Notes: generated by a model not told the origin, from the sequence alone. 64,000 nucleotides of DNA from an uncultured Alphaproteobacteria bacterium (GCA_963770355.1 CAVYPL010000014.1:41370-105369); one strand, 5' to 3'. Positions 19,924-30,212 are shown, counted from the stretch's first letter. Numbers and translations are program-made.

Positions 19924-20586
19924 ATGAAATTCTTCTCCTTCTGGCGATCGCTGGCGAGTTTTCGCGTCCGCATTGCGCTCAATCTGAAAAATCTCCCGGC
20001 CGATATCGTCCTCGTCGATCTCGACACCGATGCGCATCGCGCCGACGACTATCGCCGCATCAATCCGCAGATGGCGCTGCCGTCGCTGATCGAGGACGAC
20101 GGCACGGTGCTGTTCCAGTCGCTCGCGATCCTCGAATATCTCGAGGAGACGCATCCCACCCCGCCGCTGCTGCCGGCCGATCCGCGCGGCCGCGCCCGGG
20201 TGCGCGCGCTGGCGCTGATGGTCGCCTGCGAAGGCCATCCGCTGCTGACGCCGCGGGTGCGGAAATATCTCGATCGCGAACTGAATTTTCGGGACACTCA
20301 GCATGCGGCCTGGCGGCGGCACTGGACCATCGAGACGCTGGCGACGCTCGAAGGCCATCTTGCCGGCAACAAGGACACTGGCCGCTTTTGCCATGGCGAC
20401 ACGCCGACGATGGCCGACATCTGCATGGTCGGGCACGTCACCGTGGCGATCACACAGCAGATCGACCTCGCGCCCTGGCCGACCGTGAAGCGCATCTTTG
20501 AGACCGCGATGGCGCTGCCTGAGTTTGCGAAAGCGCATCCGCTGGCGCAGCCCGATACGCCGGAAGCGATGCGGCCGAAGAAGTAA
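19924..20586 (+). CDS. maiA: zeta-class glutathione S-transferase / maleylacetoacetate (maleylpyruvate) isomerase-like, copy 1
   Basis: 220 aa from the ATG at 19924. The N-terminal FWRSLASFRVRIALNLK is zeta-GST-like, and LFQSLAILEYLEE is present. Confidence 0.75.
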   Translation: MKFFSFWRSLASFRVRIALNLKNLPADIVLVDLDTDAHRADDYRRINPQMALPSLIEDDGTVLFQSLAILEYLEETHPTPPLLPADPRGRARVRALALMVACEGHPLLTPRVRKYLDRELNFRDTQHAAWRRHWTIETLATLEGHLAGNKDTGRFCHGDTPTMADICMVGHVTVAITQQIDLAPWPTVKRIFETAMALPEFAKAHPLAQPDTPEAMRPKK

Positions 20587-20750
20587 GCTGGCGTTCCGCG
20601 AAGCAATCCATCTCCATTGGGCCGACGGCCCGATGCTGTCGTCATCAGCAGGCTTGACCCGGCGATCCATCTTCAAGAAAGTCCTTGCGAAGATCGGTCG
20701 ATGCTCGGATCCAGTCCGAGCATGACGCAATACCCCGACGAGGCTCCCCC

Positions 20751-21413
20751 ATGAAATTCTTCTCCTTCTGGCGCTCGCAAGCGAGTTTTCGCGTCCGCAT
20801 CGCGCTCAATCTGAAAAAGCTGCCGACCGAGGTCTTGTTCGTCGACCTCGATGCCGATGCGCATCACACCGACGATTTTCGCAAGGTCAATCCGCAGATG
20901 GCGTTGCCGGCGCTGGTCGAGGATGACGGCACCACGCTGTTCCAGTCGCTGGCGATCATCGAATATCTCGAGGAAACGCATCCCGCTCCGCCCTTGCTGC
21001 CGAAGGACGCGCGCGGCCGTGCCCGGGTGCGCGGCCTTGCGCTGATCGTTGCCTGCGAGGGCCACCCGCCGGTAGTGCCGCGTATCCGGCGATATCTCGA
21101 TCGCGAATTGAACTTACGGGAATCGCAGCAGACCGAGTGGCGCCGCCACTGGACCCTGGAAACCCTGACCGCGCTCGAGGGGCACCTCGCCGGCCACAAG
21201 GATACCGGCCGCTTCTGCCACGGCGACACACCGACGCTCGCCGACATCTGTCTCGCCGGTCACGCCACGGTCGCCGCCATGCTGCAGATCGACCTGAAGC
21301 CGTGGCCCACCGTGAAGCGCATCTACGAGACCGCGATGGCGATGCCGGAGTTCGCGACGGCCCATCCGCTGGCACAGCCCGATACGCCCGAGGCAATGCG
21401 GCCGAAGAAGTAA
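20751..21413 (+). CDS. maiA: zeta-class glutathione S-transferase / maleylacetoacetate isomerase-like, copy 2
   Basis: 220 aa from the ATG at 20751. It aligns without gaps to copy 1. Confidence 0.75.
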   Translation: MKFFSFWRSQASFRVRIALNLKKLPTEVLFVDLDADAHHTDDFRKVNPQMALPALVEDDGTTLFQSLAIIEYLEETHPAPPLLPKDARGRARVRGLALIVACEGHPPVVPRIRRYLDRELNLRESQQTEWRRHWTLETLTALEGHLAGHKDTGRFCHGDTPTLADICLAGHATVAAMLQIDLKPWPTVKRIYETAMAMPEFATAHPLAQPDTPEAMRPKK

Positions 21414-21428
21414 GGCTGGCTGTCTCCA

Positions 21429-21521
21429 CGTCATTGCGAGCAAAGCGAAGCGATCCATTGCCTCACGCAGTCGACCCGCGAAGGTGGATTGCTTCGTCGC
21501 TGCGCTTCTCGATCAATGACG
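21429..21521. repeat. REP-like long inverted repeat (cgtcattgcgag ... ctcgatcaatgacg)
   Basis: The outer arms are inverted, with inner arms gcgaagcgatcca / tggattgcttcg. It belongs to the same family as 25750..25832. Confidence 0.6.
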
Positions 21522-21539
21522 GCTGCCTCCGGTTTGTGA

Positions 21540-22090
21540 TCGTCGCTTCGATGGTCAGACGGCGGAGATTGGTTGCGGCGTGACTTCGCATTCTCGCGGC
21601 GCAATGCGCCCGAGGTTTGCATTTCGTTCTCGCCTCCCAGAAAGTCGAGAGGGCGCAGGGAAGACCGGGTGCGCGCTGCACCCGCGGTCTCGCGTGCACG
21701 ATGCACAAAGCAAAACGCACACGAGCATACAGGTTCAGCGGAAACACTCCGGCCTTCCCTGCGCAATGGTTTTACGGCTTATAACGAGCTCTCCCCGGTG
21801 ACCGGGCTTTGTTGTCACCGTCGCTCGCGAGAAGCATTGCCTCCCACGAAACTTGACGCCAGCGTCGGGGCGTCAGGACCACACGACTTCGCCGTACGCA
21901 TTGGCGCGCTCGTCTCGCGCGCTGCCGCGTCCATCGCATCCCGCCTCGCGTTTCGTGACGATTGCGCATACGCCCCTCCTGTGAGGCGGGATGGCGCGAG
22001 CTGGTAGCGCTGATTTGCCCGACGGCGAAAGCGAAATATTTTTTGCTGGCGGGCTGGACAGGTTTTAGTGATTTGCCCGTCGGGCAGAGT
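21540..22090. repeat. non-coding mosaic of intergenic repeat modules
   Basis: No credible ORF is present. The ORFs on both strands translate to Arg/Ala-rich junk. The internal direct repeat tgatttgcccg(a/t)cgggc occurs twice, around 22010..22085. Confidence 0.5.
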
Positions 22091-22140
22091 TAGCTGCCCG
22101 GCGGCAGGTCTTCAATTGAAGTCTTCGATTGTACTCAATC

Positions 22141-22410
22141 TCAATATGTGTGCGGCCGCTTACGGCGCGAACCGGGCTTGGCAGACGGTTTGGCGAAATA
22201 TGGATTGACCACGCACTGGGCCGATCGGCCCGACGCCGACGCCGCACACTGAGCCATCGATGTGTAGCCACACTCGAAGTAGTAGTCGACCATGCTCTGG
22301 TAGACCTGAAGACAAACCGGATAATTTGGATCATAGGTCTGGGCCCGTGCAGGAGCAGCCATCCCGATCGTTCCCAGCGCCAGAAGCAGCAAAACAGAAA
22401 TGCGCATCAT
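22141..22410 (-). CDS. DUF3551 domain-containing secreted small protein
   Basis: 89 aa with an AGGAG RBS and a signal peptide (MMRISVLLLLALGTIGMAAPARA). The mature part TYDPNYPVCLQVY...QCAASASGRSAQCVVNPY contains 4 Cys. Confidence 0.7.
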   Translation of the reverse strand: MMRISVLLLLALGTIGMAAPARAQTYDPNYPVCLQVYQSMVDYYFECGYTSMAQCAASASGRSAQCVVNPYFAKPSAKPGSRRKRPHTY

Positions 22411-22510
22411 CGTATCTCCTGTTCGGCGTGAATTTGGCTCAAGCCTCTTTCGTCATAATGTCTAAAACGACGCGCGGTCTTGTTCGGTTCCAAGGGCGCT
22501 CCGCGAATGA

Positions 22511-23140
22511 TCAATCCCCGCTCGGCGGCGCAAGCGGCTGCACGAACTCCCAAAACGGCGGTAGCGCCTCGCAACGCGCGGCATGGGCCTGTAGCGCCGG
22601 ATAGCGCGCATCGAAAAGCTGCGGATGCGCTTCGCCGGTGAAACGCAATACACAGGCGACCGCGATATCGGCGTGGCCGATGCGCTCGCCGAACCAGTAG
22701 GGCGTAGCAACGGCCGCGCGCTCCTTTTCCAGCACCTCGAGCACGCCGCCGATCTGCGCCTCGCACCGCGCGACCCAGATTTTCGATTGCTCTTTCCGCA
22801 GCACGCGCTCGTAAACCAGGCTGACCGACTTGTCGCCGAGCCCGGTCGCGAGCGCGATGGTCCGCAAATGCCGTCGCCGCGCCTCACCGCGCGGCGCAAT
22901 CATCGCCTTGTCAGGCCCGACCAGTTCATCCAGATAATCCAGGATCGCCGTAGATTCGATCAGGGCCTCGCCGCTATCGAGCACCAGCGTCGGCACCCGC
23001 CGCAGCGGATTATACGGCGCGATCTTGTCGGCATCGCCGAAGGTCGACCACGGGCGGTGCTCGAACGGCAGATCATAAAGCCGCAGCGCGATGGCGACAC
23101 GGCGGACAAAGGGGGAGTCGTATTGGCCGATCAGGAACAT
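22511..23140 (-). CDS. glutathione S-transferase family protein
   Basis: 209 aa with an N-terminal thioredoxin-like fold (SPFVRRVAIAL, VPTLVLDSGEALIESTAILDYLDE). Confidence 0.85.
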   Translation of the reverse strand: MFLIGQYDSPFVRRVAIALRLYDLPFEHRPWSTFGDADKIAPYNPLRRVPTLVLDSGEALIESTAILDYLDELVGPDKAMIAPRGEARRRHLRTIALATGLGDKSVSLVYERVLRKEQSKIWVARCEAQIGGVLEVLEKERAAVATPYWFGERIGHADIAVACVLRFTGEAHPQLFDARYPALQAHAARCEALPPFWEFVQPLAPPSGD

Positions 23141-23204
23141 GGCACACTCGTCATTGCCGGGCTGAACACTGGACCCGGCAATTCCTGTATTCGAAAGAGT
23201 CTTT

Positions 23205-23250
23205 TCGAAGATTGATGGATGCCCGGATCAAGTCCGGGCATGACATGCGA
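23205..23250. repeat. short palindromic repeat (gcccggatcaagtccgggc)
   Basis: Hairpin atgcccggatcaagtccgggcat. A related copy, gctcggatccagtccgagc, lies at about 20701..20722. Confidence 0.5.
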
Positions 23251-23305
23251 GTCCGGTTGGGCGCAATAGCGAGATTGCACCGAGGCTGGCAGGTTATGCT
23301 TCGCC

Positions 23306-24808
23306 CTACTCCCCCTCATCGCTCGCCAGCGCGCCCTTCACCGCCCTCGCCCATCCGGCCAATTTTCGCTCGCGTGTCACGGCACTCATCGCGGGCTTGA
23401 AGCGGCGCTCCAGCCGCCAGTTGTCGGCGAATTTTACCGGCTCGGGATAGACGCCGGCCTGCAACCCCGCGAGATAGGCGGCGCCGAGTGCGGTGGTTTC
23501 CTGAATCATCGGGCGATCGACGGGCGCGTCCAGCAAATCTGCGAGGCGCTGCATGGTCCAGTCCGAGGCCGTCATGCCGCCGTCGACGCGGAGCACGATG
23601 TTCGCGGCTTTGGCGCCGGTCCAATCGGCGCGCATCGCGGCCTGCAGATCGACGGTCTGGTAGCAGACGCTTTCCAGCGCCGCATGGGCGAGTTCGGCGG
23701 GGCCGGTGTTGCGGGTCAGGCCGAACAGCGCGCCGCGGACGCGCGGATTCCAGTAGGGCGCGCCCAGGCCGACGAAGGCCGGCACGAGATAGACACTTTG
23801 GGTGGAATCGGATTTGTCGGCGAGCGGGCCGGTCTCGGCGGCCTGCTTGATGATGCCGAGCCCGTCGCGCAACCATTGCACCGCGGAGCCGGCAACGAAG
23901 ATCGAACCCTCGAGAGCGTAGGTGCGCATTCCCTTGAGCTGATAGGCGATGGTGGTGAGCAGCTTGTTCTTCGACGCGACCGGCGTCGCGCCGGTGTTGA
24001 GCAGCGCAAAGCAGCCGGTGCCGTAGGTCGATTTGATCATGCCTGGTGTGAAGCAGGCCTGGCCGATGGTGGCGGCCTGCTGGTCGCCGGCGATGCCCGA
24101 GATCGCAATCGCGCCGCCGAACAGATTTGGATCGCTGTCGCCGAAATGGTGAGAGGAATCCTTCACCTCGGGGAGCATCGAGCGCGGCACGCGCAGGATT
24201 TTCAGCAGTTCATCGTCCCATTGGCCGGTGTGGATGTTGAACAGCAGCGTGCGCGAAGCGTTGGTGGCGTCGGTCGCGTGCACCTTGCCGCCGGTGAGCC
24301 GCCACAGCAGATAGCAATCGACGGTGCCGAACATCAGCTCGCCGCGCGTGGCACGTTCGCGCGCGCCCGGCACGTGATCGAGGATCCATGCGACTTTCGT
24401 TCCCGAAAAATAGGGATCGACGATCAGGCCGGTCTTGGCCGAAATCGCGGGTTCGTGGCCTTCACTCTTTAATTTGGCGCAGATGTCGGCGGTGCGGCGA
24501 TCCTGCCAGACGATGGCGCGGTGCACGGCTTGTCCGGTTGCGCGGTCCCACACCACTGTCGTTTCGCGCTGGTTGGTGATGCCGATCGCGGCGATGTCCT
24601 TTGCCTTCAGCCCGGCTTTCTCCAGCGCTTCGCGGCAAGTGGCGATCGTCGAGGTCCAGATGTCCTCCGGCTCATGCTCGACCCAGCCCGACGCCGGAAA
24701 ATGCTGCGGGAATTCAGCCTGTGCGGTAGCGGCGATCGAGATGTCGCCGCGAAACACGATGGCGCGCGAGGATGTGGTGCCCTGATCGATGGCCAGCACA
24801 AAGGACAT
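23306..24808 (-). CDS. glpK: glycerol kinase
   Basis: 500 aa from the ATG at 24808 ([19 protein letters not shown]). The ORF track extends to 25180 through repeat sequence. FGGY-family motifs occur throughout. Confidence 0.95.
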   Translation of the reverse strand: MSFVLAIDQGTTSSRAIVFRGDISIAATAQAEFPQHFPASGWVEHEPEDIWTSTIATCREALEKAGLKAKDIAAIGITNQRETTVVWDRATGQAVHRAIVWQDRRTADICAKLKSEGHEPAISAKTGLIVDPYFSGTKVAWILDHVPGARERATRGELMFGTVDCYLLWRLTGGKVHATDATNASRTLLFNIHTGQWDDELLKILRVPRSMLPEVKDSSHHFGDSDPNLFGGAIAISGIAGDQQAATIGQACFTPGMIKSTYGTGCFALLNTGATPVASKNKLLTTIAYQLKGMRTYALEGSIFVAGSAVQWLRDGLGIIKQAAETGPLADKSDSTQSVYLVPAFVGLGAPYWNPRVRGALFGLTRNTGPAELAHAALESVCYQTVDLQAAMRADWTGAKAANIVLRVDGGMTASDWTMQRLADLLDAPVDRPMIQETTALGAAYLAGLQAGVYPEPVKFADNWRLERRFKPAMSAVTRERKLAGWARAVKGALASDEGE

Positions 24809-24936
24809 GGCATTGCTTCCCGGAAAGTTTGTTGGTCGAGGAAGGCTCGCGGATTGGGGCACGAAGGTCAATATGGGGGCGATGCTATCGCGGCGCGCTT
24901 GCTGCGCTCCCTCCCCCGCAAGCGGGAGAGGGAAGA

Positions 24937-25710
24937 TCAGACCGACGCGGTCGTAACTCCGCCGTCGACCACGATGGTCTGGCCGGTCATGAAGGTCGAC
25001 GCATCGGAGGCGAGGTAGGCTACCGCGCCGGCGATTTCGTCGGGCTCGCCGATGCGGCGAAGGGGCGTGGTGGCGCAGCGGCGCTTCAGGCGTTCTTCGT
25101 CTTCCCAGAGCGCGCGGGCGAAATCGGTTTTGACGAGACCGGGCGCGACGCAATTGATGCGCACGCCTTTCGGGCCCCATTCACCGGCAAGGCTGCGGCA
25201 CAGCGAGAAATCCGCGGCCTTGGAAATGCCGTAGGCGCCGATCACGGGCGAGCCGCGCAGGCCGCCGATGGAGGAGATGATGACGACAGAGCCGTTGCCG
25301 CGCTCGGCCATTTGCGGAATCGCCTGCGCGCAGAGCCAGATGTTGCTCTTGACGTTGGAGCCCATGATCTTGTCGAAGGCTTCGTCCTTGATATCGAGCA
25401 GCGGGCCGTAATACGGGTTCACCGCCGCGTTGCAGACGAGGATGTCGACCTTGCCGTAATGCTTGGTCGTGCCCGAGATCAGGCCATCGACTTCCTCGCG
25501 GCGCGAGATGTTGCAGGGAATGACGTGCGCATCGCCGCCCGCCTTGTTGATGCCGTCGGCGACTTCCTTGCAGGCGTCGGCCTTGCGGCTGGAGATCACG
25601 ACCTTGGCGCCGAGCTTGGCCAGCAGTTCGGCCGAAGAGCGGCCGATGCCGCGGCTCGAACCGGTGATGACCGCGACCTTGCCGGTGAGATCGAACGGGG
25701 TGTTTTTCAT
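24937..25710 (-). CDS. SDR family oxidoreductase (PimE-like position)
   Basis: 257 aa with TGSSRGIG cofactor motif and the catalytic YGISKAA. Confidence 0.85.
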   Translation of the reverse strand: MKNTPFDLTGKVAVITGSSRGIGRSSAELLAKLGAKVVISSRKADACKEVADGINKAGGDAHVIPCNISRREEVDGLISGTTKHYGKVDILVCNAAVNPYYGPLLDIKDEAFDKIMGSNVKSNIWLCAQAIPQMAERGNGSVVIISSIGGLRGSPVIGAYGISKAADFSLCRSLAGEWGPKGVRINCVAPGLVKTDFARALWEDEERLKRRCATTPLRRIGEPDEIAGAVAYLASDASTFMTGQTIVVDGGVTTASV

Positions 25711-25749
25711 TGTTGTTTTCTCTCCCTGATTTTTCTGTTCGTCATTGCG

Positions 25750-25832
25750 AGGAGCGCAAGCGACGAAGCAATCCAGACTTCCTTTGCGGCTCTGGATTGC
25801 TTCGCTATCGCTCGCAATGACGGCGGATGATG
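25750..25832. repeat. REP-like nested inverted repeat (cgtcattgcgag ... ctcgcaatgacg)
   Basis: Outer arms gtcattgcgag / ctcgcaatgac and inner arms gaagcaatccaga / tctggattgcttc. It fills the gap between the SDR and acyl-CoA dehydrogenase genes. Confidence 0.65.
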
Positions 25833-25833
25833 C

Positions 25834-26976
25834 TCAAACCAACCCGCCCGCGTCGGTGACGCGGCGCAGGTGATAGTCGGTGTCGCCAAAGGTGTTTTCG
25901 ATCATGGTCAGCCGCTTGAAATAGTGGCCGATCTTCGCCTCCTGCGTCATGCCGATGCCGCCGTGAAGCTGGATCGATTGCTGGCCGACGAACTTTGCGG
26001 ATTTGCCGATCTGCACCTTGGCAGCCGCCACTGCGGTGGCGCGCTCCTTGGCGTTGTCGAAGTCGGCGGCCATGGTCGCGAACATCGACATGCTGCGGGC
26101 TTGTTCGAGGGCGACGAACATGTCGGCGGCGCGGTGCTGCAGGGTCTGGAAGCTGCCGATCGGCACACCGAACTGCTTTCGCGTCTTGAGATATTCGACG
26201 GTGGTCTTCAGCAACTCGTCCATCGCACCGACGGCTTCCGCGCACATTGCGGTACGTGCATCGTCGACCACGCGCTCGATCAGCGGAAGCCCGTTCTCGG
26301 GATCGCCGATCGCGGCATCTGCGCCGACCTCGACGCCGGTCAGCGTGATATCGGCGGCATGCAGGCCATCCTGGGTTGGATAGCCCTTGCGGGTGACGCC
26401 CTTGGCGTTGGCGGGCACGATGAAGGCGCCGATGCCGGTCTTGTCGCGCTGGCCGCCCTTGGTGCGCGCGGTCACGATCAGCGTGTCGGCGTTTTCGCCG
26501 TTGAGCACGACGAATTTTTCGCCGTCGATGACCCAGCCCGCGCCCTTTTTCTTGGCCGAGGTCGCCACGTCATGCAAATCGTAGCGCGAATTCTTCTCGA
26601 GCTGCGCGAAGGCAAAGGTCTTGCTGCCGTCGATGATGCCGGGAATATGCGCGGCCTTTTGCTCGGCTGATGCGCCGTGGCGCAGGAAGCCCCCTGCCAT
26701 CACGACGGTCGCGAGATACGGCTCCAGCATCAGCGCCTTGCCCATCGCCTCCATCACGATCATGGTCTCGACCGCGCCGGCGCCGAAGCCACCGTCATCT
26801 TCCGAGAAGGGAAGACCGAGCAGCCCCTGTTCGGCGAGCTTGCTCCAGACGGCCTTGCTCCAGCCGCCCTTCTCCGCCATGTATTTCTTGCGATGGTCGA
26901 AGTCGTAGGAATCGTTCAGCAGACCGTCGACGCTTTCCTTGAGAAGCCGCTGCTCCTCGGACAAATCAAAATCCAT
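25834..26976 (-). CDS. acyl-CoA dehydrogenase (PimD-like small subunit position)
   Basis: 380 aa. The ACAD fold carries the C-terminal QLHGGIGMTQE motif. Confidence 0.85.
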   Translation of the reverse strand: MDFDLSEEQRLLKESVDGLLNDSYDFDHRKKYMAEKGGWSKAVWSKLAEQGLLGLPFSEDDGGFGAGAVETMIVMEAMGKALMLEPYLATVVMAGGFLRHGASAEQKAAHIPGIIDGSKTFAFAQLEKNSRYDLHDVATSAKKKGAGWVIDGEKFVVLNGENADTLIVTARTKGGQRDKTGIGAFIVPANAKGVTRKGYPTQDGLHAADITLTGVEVGADAAIGDPENGLPLIERVVDDARTAMCAEAVGAMDELLKTTVEYLKTRKQFGVPIGSFQTLQHRAADMFVALEQARSMSMFATMAADFDNAKERATAVAAAKVQIGKSAKFVGQQSIQLHGGIGMTQEAKIGHYFKRLTMIENTFGDTDYHLRRVTDAGGLV

Positions 26977-27009
26977 TTTTTCTACTCTCTCCGGCTATTC
27001 GAATTCTCT

Positions 27010-27145
27010 CGTCATGCCCGGGCATCTCTGCCCATTCTCGGTCGTCATCCCCGCGAAGGCGGGGATCCAGTAATCGCCGGCGTTCTTTGCAGAACACAGC
27101 CGCCGCGGCGTACCGGCCCCCCGCTTTCGCGGGTGACGACGGCTG
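27010..27145. repeat. nested palindromic repeat element
   Basis: Sequence catgcccgggcat, then a hairpin atccccgc-gaag-gcggggat (27047..27066). The outer arms are cggtcgtcatcc ... ggtgacgacgg. It lies between the two ACAD genes. Confidence 0.55.
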
Positions 27146-27166
27146 CTGTTGTTGCGCGACTGCGCC

Positions 27167-28357
27167 TTAAAGCCCCAGCACCGCCTTGGTGATGATGTTG
27201 CGCTGGATCTCGTTGGAACCGCCGTAGATCGAGACCTTGCGGTTGTTGAAGTAGCTCGGCGCGATCTGCGCGGTCCACTCCATCTGTTCGTTGGAGCCGT
27301 CGTCGCCGTGCTCGTCGTAAGGAGCCGCGAACGGGCCGATCACTTCCATCAGAAGTTCGGTGGTGGTCTGCTGGATTTCCGAGCCCTTGATCTTCAGCAC
27401 CGAAGACGCCGGATTGGGCTTGCCCTTGCCGTGCTTGTTCTCGTCGGCAACGACGCGCAGCTGCGTCAGCTCGAGCGCCTTCAGCTCGATCTCGCAGGCG
27501 GCGAGCTTTTCGCGAAAACCCTGGTCTTCCAGCACCGGCTTGCCGCCGAACTCGACCTTGGACGCGAGTTCCTTGATGCGACGCAGCCGCTCCTTGGAAA
27601 CGCCGACGCGGGCAATGCCGGTGCGCTCATTGCCGAGCAGGAATTTTGCGTAATCCCAGCCCTTGTTCTCCTCGCCGATCAAATTCTCAACCGGCACCTC
27701 GACGTCGTCGAAGAACACTTCGTTGACTTCATGGCCGCCGTCGATGGTCTGGATCGGACGCACCGTGACGCCTTTCGACTTCATGTCGAACACGATGAAG
27801 GAGATACCCATCTGCTTCTTGGCATTGGTATCGGTGCGGCAGAGGCAGAAGATCATGTCGGCGTGTTGCGCCAGCGTGGTCCAGGTCTTCTGGCCGTTGA
27901 TGATGTACTTGTCGCCCTTGCGCTCGGCCTTCGTTTTCAGCGAGGCAAGATCGGAGCCGGAGCCGGGCTCCGAAAAGCCCTGGCACCACCAATCGTCGAC
28001 GCTGGCGATGCGCGGCAAATATTGCTTCTTCTGCTTCTCGTTGCCGAAGGTATAGATGACCGGGCCGACCATGCTGACGCCGAACGCGAGCGGCGCGGGC
28101 GCGGGATGCATCTGCAGCTCTTCGTTGAAGATATAGTGTTGCACCGAGGTCCACCCGGTTCCGCCATGCTCCTTCGGCCAGTGCGTGACGCCCCAGCCCT
28201 TCTTGTTCAGGATACGCCACCAGGTGACCATCTCGTCCTTGGACAGATGCCGGCCCTCGACCATCTTGCGCCGTGTATCCGGCGGCACGTTGTCCCTGAA
28301 GAAGGCCCGCACTTCCTCACGAAACGCCATTTCTTCCTTGCTGAAAGCGAGATCCAT
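27167..28357 (-). CDS. acyl-CoA dehydrogenase (PimC-like large subunit position)
   Basis: 396 aa. ACAD motifs are present (GFSEPGSGSDLASL, IYGGSNEIQRNII). Confidence 0.85.
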   Translation of the reverse strand: MDLAFSKEEMAFREEVRAFFRDNVPPDTRRKMVEGRHLSKDEMVTWWRILNKKGWGVTHWPKEHGGTGWTSVQHYIFNEELQMHPAPAPLAFGVSMVGPVIYTFGNEKQKKQYLPRIASVDDWWCQGFSEPGSGSDLASLKTKAERKGDKYIINGQKTWTTLAQHADMIFCLCRTDTNAKKQMGISFIVFDMKSKGVTVRPIQTIDGGHEVNEVFFDDVEVPVENLIGEENKGWDYAKFLLGNERTGIARVGVSKERLRRIKELASKVEFGGKPVLEDQGFREKLAACEIELKALELTQLRVVADENKHGKGKPNPASSVLKIKGSEIQQTTTELLMEVIGPFAAPYDEHGDDGSNEQMEWTAQIAPSYFNNRKVSIYGGSNEIQRNIITKAVLGL

Positions 28358-28401
28358 CGGATCCTCCTGTGAGCGAATAAGTAATTACGCGATTGTCTTG
28401 A

Positions 28402-30079
28402 CTAGGCCAGTCGTTGCTTGGGTTGATCGGTTGATGCCGAGGGCTGCTGCTGACGCAACTCATGTCGCGAAAGCTTGCCGACCGGCGTGCGCGGCAGTTC
28501 GTCGACGAAATCGACTGCCGCTGGAATTTCATGCTTGCCGAGCTTGCCGGTGAGAAACGCCTTGAGCTCGTCCAGCGTGAACGGCTTTGCGCCATCGCGC
28601 AGCTTGATGAAGGCCTTGGCCGCTTCGCCGCGGTAATCGTCGGGAATGCCGATCACGATCACTTCCTGCACGGAAGGATGCGTGTAGATCGCCTGCTCGA
28701 TCATCTGCGGATAGACGTTGAAGCCGCCGGAGATGATCATGTCCTTCTTGCGGTCGACCAGATAGAAATAGCCGTCGCCATCCATGTAGCCGATGTCGCC
28801 GGTCAGGAAGCGATCGCCGACAAAGGCTTCCGCGGTTTCCGTCGGCCGGTTCCAGTAGCCCTTGGTGACATTCGGACCGCGAATGCGGATTTCGCCGACT
28901 TCGCCGGTTGCCAACACTTGCGTCGAGTCTTCCAGCGACACGACGTCCATCTCGATACCGGGCAGCATCAAACCAATAGAGCCGGGCTTGTCCGGGCCTT
29001 CCTTGGGATGGGCGGTGCCGGGCGAGCAGGTTTCGGTCATGCCCCAGCCGCTCTTCAGCTTCATGCCGACCCTGCGCTCCAGGATCCGCGCGACCTCGAC
29101 CGGCAGCGGCGCGCCGCCCGAGCCGACGCTGACCAGCGAGGACAGATCGCGCTTGTCGAGATCGGGCAAAGCCGCGATCGCAATCCACATCGTCGGCACG
29201 CCGGGAAACGCGGTCGCGCGCTTGACCTCGATGTCGCGCATGACAGCCTCGACGTCGAAGCGCTGGTGCAGCGAGATCAGATTACCGCGCCGTAGGCTGC
29301 CCAGCAGGACAACCGTCAAGGCGTAGATATGAAACAGCGGCAATACGCAGATCACGCGCTCGATCGCATTGCGTTCGGCTCGCGACGGCTTGCCCCAGAC
29401 GTCGTAGACCGATACGGCCGAGGTCAGATTGCCGTGGCTGAGCATGGCGCCCTTAGGCAGCCCCGTGGTGCCGCCGGTATATTGCAGCAGCGCCACGTCA
29501 TCGGCGCTCATGTCAGGCCACTGCTCGGGCCTCAAGGCGCCCTCGGTGAATTGCTTGTAGGTGATAACAGCAGGATCGTTCGGCAGCGGCGTCTGCGGCG
29601 TGCCGGCCCTGCCCCAATTATCGTCCTCGCAAACGATCAGGCGATCGAGCAGGCCCTTGTCGAGGAACTTCAGCGCGGTCGGCAACAGCGCCGACAGATT
29701 GCTGGTAACGAGCACCCGCGCGCCGGAATCGGAGAGCTTGTGCGACAGCGCGATCTCGCCGTCGAGCGGCGACAGATGCACGATGCGGGCGCCCGGCCTT
29801 CAGCGCGCCAAAGAAATTGACGGGATGATCGGGCGAATTGCCGAGGAACAAGGCGACCGAATTGTCTTTGCCGTAGCCGGCGCGAAGGAAAGCGGCGGCG
29901 GCCGTCTCCACCAACTCTTCCAGCCCGGTAAAGCTGATCGGCCTGTCACGGAATTCGATCGCCGGCCGCGACCCGAATTCGGCGGCCGCTGTCGACAACA
30001 GGTCGGGCAGCGTGCCGCGCGCGATCGGGTCGTCCCAGCGGACGCCTTCCGGATAGAACTGCTCGCCGGGATGGGTCAT
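28402..30079 (-). pseudogene. AMP-dependent acyl-CoA ligase (PimA/FadD-like) interrupted by a +1 frameshift
   Basis: The N-terminal 153-aa ORF (29618..30079) ends in ...NFFGALKAG. The protein continues in another frame as (RI)VHLSPLDGE... in ORF 28402..29781. Removing one G from the minus-strand GGG (top-strand CCC at 29792..29794) restores KAGARIVHLSPLD. Confidence 0.8.
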
Positions 30080-30110
30080 GAATACTTTCAGGGCGACGCA
30101 ACAACAAGAT

Positions 30111-30212
30111 CGTCATTCCGGCGCACGCGAAGCGTGAACCACGATGTGCAATTGCACATCGGAGAATCTCGAGATTCCGGGTCTGGTGCTAACGCACCAT
30201 CCCGGAATGACG
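30111..30212. repeat. nested palindromic repeat element
   Basis: Outer arms cgtcattccgg / ccggaatgacg. The inner perfect palindromes are gatgtgcaattgcacatc (30143..30160) and gaatctcgagattc (30164..30177). Confidence 0.65.

Noticed and set aside
21431-22007. ORFs inside the repeat mosaic (21431..21766 minus, 21573..22007 plus, and others).
   Set aside because: They overlap on both strands and have low-complexity basic composition. They coincide with repeat modules that generate similar pseudo-ORFs elsewhere in such genomes.
24809-25180. A 124-codon N-terminal extension of the glpK ORF.
   Set aside because: The extension runs through a REP-like element and overlaps the SDR gene end. The canonical GlpK N-terminus [14 protein letters not shown] starts at the ATG at 24808.
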